NCBI GenBank assembly: GCA_004431415.1
Contig: QPMI01000170.1
Span: 1-64,000 of the forward strand
Reading direction: 5' to 3'
From: Cyanophora paradoxa CCMP329
Lineage: Eukaryota; Plantae; Glaucophyta
DNA length: 64,000 nucleotides
Position numbers and translations under genes: made by a program. The notes below the pieces were generated by a model. The model searched no databases. It had not been told where the DNA came from and worked only from the letters and a program-made list of their open reading frames with translations. Within the stretch, counting starts at the first letter, position 1, and every line of letters begins with the position of its first letter. Of this stretch, positions 26,292 to 36,300 are shown piece by piece.

Positions 26292-27628
26292 GCGGCACCC
26301 CGCCCGCGCCGGCGCCCCCGGCCCCCTGCCTGTACAGTGGCGCGCACGAAGTAGACTCCGATCCGTTTCATGTGCGAGGGACGACGGTCCTCGGTGTACA
26401 GCCAGAGCGTTTCACATGGTTTGTGAACTTTCAGGTAGCCTTCGCCACTGCAGCTGTACGTACGCTGCGTCCCCCGCATCCCCCGTTGTCGGGCCCCCTC
26501 CAGTGTAGAGCCTTTTGCGAGTTCATCGATATCCATCATCGGATGTCACACACCGTGGCACGTGCGTATACAGACTCTGCGGCGCTAGGCTGCGCGTGCG
26601 CGTCCTGCAGCTGCAGCGTTGCGCGAGCGCGCCGCGGCGCGAGCGCGAGCCTTGCATTCTGCAGTATATGTACGTGCGCAGCTTGTCGTGCATTTCAGAC
26701 ACGACCAACGACATCTGGACTAGCCCTAGTAGCTGTTTGGCTAGCAGTGGGCCGCCGGTCGAATCGTAAGGGCTCAGTCGGATAGGCAAGTGACGTCGGG
26801 ATCGAAATCGAATACCGAAGCTCGAGATCGAAACCTATGTCTACTTGCTCTACGGGCTTAAGATCACGGGATCAAAGGTGCGGGCCGTGCCCGGAGGCTC
26901 GCCCGTTCCCGCCACGGACTGGCCGCTAAGGGAGAGGAATGCTGCCCGAGGGGGCCGAAACCCCCACGGGCCCCGGACCGGGAGACCGGTACCGGGGGGC
27001 CTCCCCCGCTCCCGAAGGTGCGTAAGGTGGAGCCGCATCGCGCCGCGTCGGATCGAAGCTGGGGTACTGGGGCCATCGCAATCCGTGCGGATCGCCTGCG
27101 CGCGCCGCGCGCGCGAAATTAAATTAATTATATAAAACACGCGAAATCGAAATCGAAATCGAAGGGAGCGCACTGGTGCCCAATGTGAGTGCTGCTCGCC
27201 GAAGAGCGCACAGAGGGATTGGGTGGCCTGCCAGAGCGGGGCGCGTGTAGATCCATACGAAACCCCGGCGAAGGGGCGCGCAGGACCCTGCGCGCGCGAC
27301 GTCGGCGCTCGACCGCGAGCGCCCGAAGCTTAAAAAAGAGGCAAGCTTGAATTTAAACAAGCTCGATCGCGTGCGCGCGCGCTGCGCATGCGCGTACCTG
27401 AGCGCGGCCTCGGTCGGGGAAGGAGCTGCGCAACGCATCGCGGGTGCACTCGTCGCCGCCGCCGAAGCGGGCCTCTAGATCTACGGAATTATAAGTGCCC
27501 AGAAAATCAAACGACGCGGACGCGACGTCGCGCGCGCGCGCTAGCGCTGCGCGGGGTGTGCTGATACCCTCCTCCGGGGGGCCTGCGCCGCTCGCACTCC
27601 CCGCCAGTGACCGGGCTCGACCCCGCAG

Positions 27629-27962
27629 GGCCCTGCCGCGGGCGACGGACACGGTGGAGCTGAAGCGGCGCTTCAGGAGGAACCCGGACGCGGCGGGGGC
27701 GGCGGCGGGGACGGCGCCGGCCACCGTCTTCGAGCCGGCGCAGGTCACCTTCGACGACTGGCCGCAGGAGGAGATGGTGCCCCTCGAGGTCAAGCGCGGT
27801 GCGCTCCCCGGCGCCGATCGCGACCCGGCGCCCTCCACACACAGGGCCCCGAGCGACGCGCGCAGGGACGCTGGTTCTGCTGCATTTCAGACACGACCAT
27901 TTCAGACACTGCTGCACGGAACGATGGTGCATATGAGCAACGAGAACACGTCGAGCTTGTCG
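27629..27962 (+). pseudogene. Phytanoyl-CoA dioxygenase-domain (PHYHD1-like) gene fragment: two exons, frameshifted
   Basis: Exon ALPRATDTVELKRRFRRNP..EEMVPLEVKRG, a GT-AG intron, then TLVLLH[32-nt insertion]GTMVHMSNENTSSLS. Resembles the PhyH C-terminal VPLEVKAGSLVLIHG..VH.S..N.S. No N-terminal HxD exons found nearby. Confidence 0.7.
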
Positions 27963-28040
27963 TGCAGCTGACAAGGGAAGACCCCATACCCCAGAAGACG
28001 GTACCGCCTACCCCAGCTTGGGGCACGCCGCACGCGGCGG

Positions 28041-28196
28041 CGGCGCGGCGACTAGCTTGGAAGACGATAGCTTGGAAAGCTGCAGGCTTGATCGGCGCGG
28101 CGACTAGCTTGGAAGACGATAGCTTGGAAAGCTGCAGGCTTGATCGGCGCGGCGACTAGCTTGGAAGACGATAGCTTGGAAAGCTGCAGGCTTGAT
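28041..28196 (+). repeat. Perfect 52-bp tandem repeat x3
   Basis: cggcgcggcgactagcttggaagacgatagcttggaaagctgcaggcttgat starts at 28041, 28093 and 28145. Confidence 0.97.
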
Positions 28197-30999
28197 GAAA
28201 CCGAAGCGAAAGGCTGCCCCCGCGGCCCCGGCCGGGATGGACACACTCAGACAGCCGATGCATGGCGCCCTGCGCGCTGCCAGCGACCACGCAGCGGCTG
28301 TTCGCGACACGATGTCGGCAATGAAACGGACGATCATGCTGCAACGTGCTGGCCATGGTGTTCTCGGAGCAGCTTCGGGCCGGCGCCCCCGCACAAGCTT
28401 TGGCCCCTTTTCTTCGCACCCCGCGCCGAGCGCATCGCAGCGGCAGCGGAAGTCCTCGCCAATCTGGGCTTGGCTCACGGCTGCACCAGCGGCCGCGGTC
28501 CGCGCGATGGCAGTCGCTGTACCTGGCGTTCTCGGCGACGCTGCCGACAGCGCGTTGCTCGAGAAGATTAAGCGCGAGGAGACGCTGGACCCTCTCGTCA
28601 CTCCGACGCGGCTCCCTGCTGCTCGCCGCATCATCGCTATCGGCGATCTGGTAAGCAGTCGGCGACCCCCAGCGTTCGCTCTAGCTCACGTGCACGCTCA
28701 GCATGGAGACCTCGCCGCCACGAGGGTCTGAACAGCGGGCGCGCGCGCCCCGCCTGTTGCTTGGGGCTCACCGTTTCGCAGGCGAGTCTTCGCCTCGCAG
28801 GCGTTATTGACTCGCACGACAAGTGGATTGGAGGCGACACGGTTGTTGTCCAGGTCGGCGACGTGCTGGTGCGTCCGAGCCCGTGCTCCACGCGCAGGTC
28901 GGCGCGCGAGGCCGTGCGCAGGACCGGGGCGACGAGGAGAGTGCCGTGTACGATCTTCTGCGGAGGCTCGCCAGTTCGGCGGCGCGCAAGGGAGGCGCCG
29001 TGCACATGCTCCTGGGCAACCACGAGGTCATGAACGTCGGCTGGGACTTTAGATACGTCTCCCCCGCCGGCTTCAAGGACTTCGCGATGCGGGGCGCCAT
29101 CTGCCGCATGGCCCCCTACGCCTTCTCCTCGGGGCGCCTCCGCGAGCAGGCGCGCCGCCGGCCCCGCCTCCCGCGCCCCGCGCCCCGCCGAGGCCCCCCG
29201 CAGTGCGAGATGTACGAGAAGGTGGACGGGGACTGCCCGCAGGCGGCACACCTCCCCGAGGCCGTCCGGCCCCGCGCCTGCGCCTTCAGGTGTGCCTCCC
29301 CCGCGCAGGGCGCGCCCCCCCCGCGCCGGGGCGCCGGGGGAGCGAGGGGGCGACAGGCCGGGGGGCCCCGTGGCGAGGAAGCTGGGGAACCACAACACGG
29401 TGCTGGTGATCGGGGAGAACGTGTTCGTGCACGCGGGGCTGCACGGGCGGCACGTGCGCTATGGCCTCGAGCGCATCAACCGCGAGGTCCGCGACTGGAT
29501 GCGCGGCACCGACCCCGACGCCACCAAGCCGGCCTGCGTCACCAGGTGCCCCCGCCCCGCGCCCCGCCCCGCCCCGCCCCGCCCCGCCGACCCCCGCGCA
29601 GCAGCAAGAGCGTCGTCTGGTCGCGCCTCTTCTCGCGGCGCAGCGTCGACGACGCCAACTGCGCCAAGCTCGTCAAGGCCCGCCGCCCGCCCTCGCCGCC
29701 GCGCCCCGCCGCCTCTGACCGCCTCAGCAGACACTGGAGGACATCCCAGCGAAGCGCATGATCGTGGGGCACACCGTGCAGGCGCGCCACGCGCCGGCCC
29801 GCTGCGCGCCGCGTGACGCGGGGCCGCGGGGCCGTGCAGGACAATGGGATCAACTGCGCGTGCAGCGGGGCCGTCTGGCGCCTCGACGTCGGCATGTCGC
29901 GCGGTGCGCGCTGCCTCCCCTGCTCCCCTGCTGCCCGCCCCGGCGCGCCGACGGGCGGGGAAGGGGTCAGCGGGGCGGCGGCTGAGGTCCTGGAGATCCG
30001 CGGCGACACAGTGACGGCCCTCCGGTGCGCTCCGCCCCCGGCCCCGCCCCCGCCGCTGGCAGCCGAGGCGTCCGCAGTGCCGGCAGCGCGGGCACGGCGA
30101 AAGAGGACCCGGAGGAGGCGCGCGCGGGGAAGGGAGCGCACGGCGGAGAGCACGCGCGGAAGCCGGCGGGGAAGGAGAACGAGCCGACCTCGCCCCTCGC
30201 CCGCATCTTCAAACCGCACCCGCGCCCCTCCGAGCAGCCCAACATCCCGCGCGCACCGCCCCAGCTCCCCGCCCCGAAACCAGCCGCCCCGCCCCGTCCC
30301 GCTGTCCCCGCACTGCCCCTCAAGCCCGCGGCGCCTCGTCTCGCCCTTCCGGCGCCCCACGCCGTCCTCCCCGCTCCGTCCCCGTCCCCCAGCTCGGTCT
30401 CGGGAAGCCCGCAGCCGCTGAAGGCTGCCCCGGCTTCCCAGCCCGCTCCGGCCGCCCCCACTGCGGCTGCGGCCCCAGTGGCCCCCGTGCGGCCACAGAC
30501 CGCTCCCCCGGCGCCGCCGCGCCTCCCCCCGCGGCCCCTCTCGCCCCCCCGCGGCGCCGCCGAGGCCCTCCGCGCCCCAGCCGCCGCCGAAGCCTTCGCC
30601 GGCCCCCGCAGCGACGAAGCCTTCGGGCCCCGCTGCCCTGCTGCGAAGCCCGCCGCCCAGGCCGCGCGGCCAGCGACCGCCCCGCCGTCGGCCTCGGCCC
30701 CTAAGCCCGCAGCTTCCGCCAATCCCTCCCCGCGCCCCGCGGCACCCAAAGCATCGGCCCCCGATGCGCCGGCCGCGACACGCGCTGCTGCGGCCGCGGC
30801 CGAAAAGCCTGCAGCGGCATCAAAGCCGGCGCCTGCTCCCGGCAAGACGGCGGCCCCTGGGACGGTCGCCAGGCCGGCGGCGGCGGCTGGGGCGGCGGCG
30901 AAGAAGACCCCAGCGGGGCCGTCGCCGCCCCCGAAGAAGCCGACGAGGCCCGCGAGCCCCCAGAGTGTCGCCTCGCCCCCGCGGCGGAGCCCCGCGTGA
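28195..30999 (+). CDS. Shewanella-like protein phosphatase (SLP, PPP-family metallophosphoesterase) with Pro/Ala-rich C-tail
   Basis: IIAIGDL/HGD, WIGGDTVVVQVGDVL/DRG, MLLGNHEVMNV.WDFRYVS, VFVHAGL, VVWSRLFS, RMIVGHTVQ/DNGIN, WRLDVGMSRG. Start codon uncertain. Confidence 0.9.
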
Positions 31000-31227
31000 G
31001 CACCCCTCGCGCCGCCCCGCACCGGCCGCCCCTCTTCAGTCTCCCCGCGCGCATCCAGCGCTCGCATCGCCCCCTCCATCCCTGTAGCTACAAGAACGGC
31101 GAGCGGGCAGCCCGCGAACTCTCAGGTTTCCCCGTCGCAGATGGCCGCCGGGCGCTGAGATGGTTGCCAGTTGGGGTGCACGGGAGGGGTTCGGGGGGTG
31201 CGGGGGCGGGGCGGCGGGGGCCGGGGG

Positions 31228-32928
31228 TCAGCTGAGGGGCACGCCCTCGAGGAAGCGGACCGAGTCCGTGATGATCGGCACGCCGCACGCCAGCACCTGC
31301 CCCGCCCCCGTCGCCCGCGTGGAGCCTAGGCGGCGCGGCGGCGCGGACCTTGCGCTTCTCCTCGAGGCCGTTGCAAGTCCAAGAGAAGATGGCGAAGCTG
31401 CGGCGGGGTCGGCGGGGTGCGAGGGGGGCGGGGCGGGGCGGGTGCACCCCTGGCGGCGCCACTCGCTGACGAACTCCTCGTCGATGAGCTCGTGGCGCAC
31501 GGAGAGGCCCTTCACCTCCAGGAACCACAGCGCCCGCTCGAAGATCGACCACACTGCGCCCACGACCCCATCGCCCCGCCCTCCCGCCAACCCCGCGCGC
31601 CGCACGCACCGCCCCGCCCCGCCAGGAAGAGGCCCCGCAAGCACGGGCTGCACCCCGCCCGTCAGCCCCGGCAGCCGGGCCACAGGGCGGACGGGTGCGC
31701 GCTTCGGAATCTGCCTGCCGGCGTGCGTGTTGCCGCCAGCCCAGAGGAGGGAGTGGACGACGCGTGGGTCGAGCTCCTGCAGGATCTGCGTGGGGCGTCG
31801 GCCCCCGCACGGCCCCGGCGCCGAGGCACCCGGCAGGGAGGGGCGGGCACACCGAGATGGCGGCTGGGTAAAACGTCACGGCGCACACGCGGTCGTAGCA
31901 GTTGAGCTCCCGCATGATCTGCCGGCGCGCTGCATGACGCTCCGGGGGCAAGGGAGGTCAGGGGCGCCCCCGACCTTGACGAACTCCTCGATCAGCCGCC
32001 GCGGCCGGTCGCCCCCGAAAAGCTGGTCCCCGATGGTGTCCAGCTGCATCCGTGCGTGAGATTGCACCAGATTGCATCTGCGTACTACGGCGTAACAGCA
32101 CTCGCCTTGATGTCCACCTGAGTAGCGATCAGCTACGCCCCGGATGCTGAAAAGCGAGCGCGCATGGCAGACCATCACTTTGAGGCCCAGCTTAAGCGCA
32201 AACGCGATAAGATCTTTCGCGAGAGGCATCTTCTCGCCCTTGAACTTCTGGTGCAGCCGGTGATTCGCACTGGATTCGGAGATCAAATTTGAGTAGTGGC
32301 GCCCCGAGAGCGCGCAGCAGTTGCAGAAACCTGATGTCTACTGTTCTCAAATAGGACCAAGCGCTCTCGCTGATCTTGCCTCGCCCTGCGAGCCGCACGT
32401 GAGCAGCGAGAGAGAGAGAGAGAGGGCCGCAAACTCGAGCACGCACCGTCCGAAACGCGTTCAAGGTCGTCGTCGTGCGCGCAGACGCATACATTGTCCG
32501 CCGAGAGCCGAATATCGATCTCCACTCCTGCGAAAGACCCGTTGACCGCAATTCTGCTCCCTTCAATCGGGGAACGAAATACCGCAGGCGCCCATCTCCG
32601 CTGCGAGCCTGGCGGGTGCGCGTGTGAGTGGGTTCATGTCGGGAGGACTCTTTGAAAGCTTGGAGCAGCCTGGGCGAGGCGAGGTGCGGCATGCGATTGG
32701 GTAGGGTGCGCACTTCACTGCGCTGAACGAGTTCTCGGGGGCATCAAAAGACCCGCCACGATGCGCGTAGATGCACGGGCTCTGCTTGCTGCAGGATTCA
32801 AAGGGCCCGACGTCGACGGGCCGCGTGTGATCGGCAAGGCGCTGGCGAGCGCTCTCCATCGCTTCAGCGGCTCTCAGGGCGTCGAGGGGGAGCTTCCAGG
32901 CGAACTCCGCAGCTGCCGGCTGATCCAC
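31228..32928 (-). CDS. Glycerophosphodiester phosphodiesterase (GDPD) family protein
   Basis: IYAHRGGSFDAPENSFSA, GVEIDIRLSADNVCVCAHDDDLER, FAIFSWTCN, GVPIITD. Confidence 0.88.
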
Positions 32929-33313
32929 GTTTTTTTTGCCTGTCGCCTGTACCCAAGCGAATTGTTTTTGCCGGCTTGGGGTACTTTAAAATTTCAATTC
33001 GGACTTCGTGCGCGCCCGGCGGTGGGCGGCCGGCGCCGGCGCCGGCGCCGAAGGATGAGTCTCCGTTAACGTTTAATTTAGAAGACAATGACTCGACAGA
33101 CATGTTCAAGCCACCGCTGGCGCTGGCGCTGGCGAGATCCTTCGAATTCAGCTTTTTAATCTTCCATGATCGATATCAAGTATACTTACTAGCTGTCATA
33201 GTATAGAATCAGATAAATGATAAAATGGTTGCTGAGGGAGGGGCTCGGGTGCACGCGCGCGGCGGGCATGCGCAGGGCCTCCCACGCCCAATCAAGCTCA
33301 TGATCAGCCGGGC

Positions 33314-36300
33314 TCAGAGGGAGACGATGGCGCCTGGCTCGACGCCGAGGTCGGTGGCGAGCTTGCGCATCTCGTGGGCGAAGATGGGCGGCCCGCAGAT
33401 GTAGAGGTGCAGCAGCCGCGGCGCCCGCGCCAGCAGCCGCTCCCGCACGAAGGCGCCGTCGATCCGCCCCGCCCGCCGGTGCGGCGCCGCCTCGAGCCAC
33501 GCCGCCGAGGGCGCCCGCTGCACGAAGAGGTGGAACTCGAAGGCCGGGCACAGGGCGGCGCACTGCCGGCGGGGCCCGTCAGCGGGGGCGGGGCGGGGAC
33601 GGGGCGGGCGGGGCGGGCCTCCTCGAGCCAGGCGAGCTCGGGGACGTCCTCGGGGCTCTCGAAGCAGGCGGCGAGGGTGAGGCGCAGCTCGCGCGGCGCC
33701 CCCTCCCCCGCCTCCCCGGCCCGCGCCCGGGCTCCCCGCTCTCGTACGCCGCCGCCCGGCTGCGCGGGCGCCCGTGGCGCCGCCGCACGCCCGCCCCCTT
33801 GAGGCCGCCCTCGCCCCGCCCCGACCCCTCGCCCCGAGCGAGACGACGCGCGCCGTCGGCGACACCAGCACCTCCTGCGCGCCCGTCACGCGCCCCGCGG
33901 GGCCAGCGCGGGGCGCGGCGCGGGCCTCGATGGGGGAGTGGATGACGAGGGCCGTGGGGGAGCCCGGCAGCACGGGGCTCGACGAGCCGCTGGGCCGCAG
34001 CTCGCCCCACGCCTCCGCCGCCGCCCCCGGCCCCTCGCCCCCGCCCAGCAGCAGCGTGCCGAAGGCCGACAGGGACATGCCCCCCGCCTCGGGGAAGGCG
34101 GCGGCGGTCGGGAGCGCGGCGAAGGAGACGGGCCGGGCGGGTAGTGGCGGCGCGGGGGCGAGGCGGCGGCGTCGGAGGGCGAGGCGGGGCCGGGGCCGGG
34201 GCTGCAGAGCTCGTCGGGGCCGGGGGCGGGGCGCGGGCGGCAAGGCAGCGGCGGCGGAGGAGGGCGACCAGGTCGAGTATGGGGAGGATCCCCGTGCCCG
34301 CCACCACCGCTGCCTCGGGGAAATGATTGCCTTGGGAGAGGGAAAAAAGAAACGAAATTCTACAAACCGACGAGGTCGCCCTCGCTCTCCGCCGTCAGCC
34401 GCAGGCCAAGCCCGAGCGGGCCGCGGACGCGGATCTGGGCCCCCGGGGGCGGGTCCGTGAGGAAGCGGCTCATGGCCCCGTTCGGGTAGCGCCTGATCCA
34501 CAGCTCCTGCACCTGCCGGCCCGCGTGGGCGGCGCGGCCCCGCGGCGGGCGCCGGCGCGGGCGCGGGGGCAGGGCGCACGGCGGCGGCCTCGCCGAGGTC
34601 GTCGGTGGCGGAGGGCGGGGCGCCGAGGGCGGCGAGGGGGCGCTCGGCCTCGCGGGCGGCGCCGGCGAGGCGGACGAGGGAATAGTGGCGGTGGACCTCG
34701 CGGCCGCCGACGCGCGCGGTCACCTCGAAGTGCTGCCCGCAGCGCGCGATCTCTTCCGCCTGCCCCAGCGCCGTGTCCGACACGAACCGCACCCGGTAGA
34801 TCCTGCGCCGCCGCGCGTCGGGGCCGGCGGCGGGGGCGGGACGGGGCGGGGCGGGGCGGGGCGGGGCGCGGACGGCTTGCGGGAGGCACAAACTACGCGG
34901 CTGTCCAGGAAGGACCAGAGCTGGCCCTCGGCGCCGTCGCTCGCCGCCTCCTCCTCGGGACGGGCCCCGTCCGGCTTCAGCACCGCCACGCACAGGTCCA
35001 TCAGTTGCTGCGAGCGCGCCGCCCCCGCGCGTCGGGGCGTGCCGGGGGGGGGGGGAGGAGGGGGGGGGGGGGGGGGGGCGGACTCGGTGCGCGTGGAGGG
35101 AATGCTGGTGGGGGCGGGCGAGCCCGTACGTCGCGCGCTGCCCCTTGGAAGAGCTGTAGAGGAAGGCGGAGATGTCCTGCCCGATGACGGCGTGCAGGAG
35201 GGCGGCGCCGCCCGGGTGGGAGGCGAGCACGGGGGCCACGTCGAAGACGCGGTCGCCGAGGAGGATCCAGGGGGAGCCGAGGCGGACGGCCCGGTCGAAC
35301 TCGGCGCTCGTGATGTGCGCCACCTTCTTCCGGTTCAGCGAGTCGTGCACCCCCGCCGCCCGTCGCCGGCTCAGCATCCCCAGCACCTCCGCCGAGCCGA
35401 AGAGGGCGGCGAGGAGCACGAGCCATGCGACGAGCGTGGCGCGCGCGGCCGGCTGCAGCAGCTCGACCCCGAGCAGCAGGTTCGCGAGGGCCCCGAGGCA
35501 GAGCAGCCGCCCCCCGGCCCGGTGCAGCCGCCGGAAGAGCTCCGCCGCCGCCGGCGGCCGCCGCGCGATGTGAAACTGCTTCACGAGCTGCGCCCCGTGA
35601 GACAAGGCGTGCGCGGAAAGGCGCGGCTCGGGCGTCCACCTGCCCGACCAGAAGCTGCCCCGCCGCGACAACCGCTATCGCCACTCCAAAGTACCTGAGA
35701 GAGAATGTTCGTCGATTCCGATGAGCTCCGCTCGGCGGGGCGGGACGGGCAGGCCGGGCGGGCCGGGCGAGCGCACCCGTGCGAGCTCCCGATCTCGCTG
35801 CGAGGGCGGCCGGCGAAGGCGGCGGCGGCGGCGGGGATGGTGACCTGCCGGGCCGTCGCGGGGCGCCCGGGAGGGGCCGGCGAGGCGGGGCCGGCGGCGC
35901 ACGGTGAGGGCGACCTGCATCCCCGCCCGATCTGCAGGCCGCGTCAGGGACAGGCCGCGCGAGGCGCCGCGGCGCGGTCCGGCGGCGGGGCGCACGGAGG
36001 TCGATCCTGTACAAATGTGAGCGACGGGGCGGGGCGGGGCGGGGCGGGGGCGGCCGGCGCACCAGAAAGAGTAATGCTTTAAATAACGGACGACGAAAAG
36101 GCCTGCGGGCGGGCGCGCCAGTCACGCGGCGCGGGCGGCTGCGTGGGGGCGGGGGCGGGGCGGCTCACTGGCGGGGACGATGGCGCCCCAGGCGACGGCC
36201 ATGGCGACGGCGTGGACGATGTACGTGTTGCCGTAGCCCTGCCCCGCCCCCACGAAGGCCCCGGGGGCGCCCGAGCCCGAGCCCGAGCCGGCCCAGAAGT

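Noticed and set aside
26840-27060. RNase P/MRP, SRP RNA, tRNA or hammerhead ribozyme
   Set aside because: Their conserved core motifs could not be found. Only the partial HDV-like match is kept, at low confidence.
28041-28196. Possible CRISPR array
   Set aside because: Contiguous identical units with no spacers, no cas genes and a eukaryotic context.
33314-35320. Nitrate reductase or NOX/RBOH identity for the b5-FAD-NAD region
   Set aside because: No Moco domain, no EF-hands and no ferric-reductase-type TM pattern. The membrane part has b561 His spacing after a DOMON domain.
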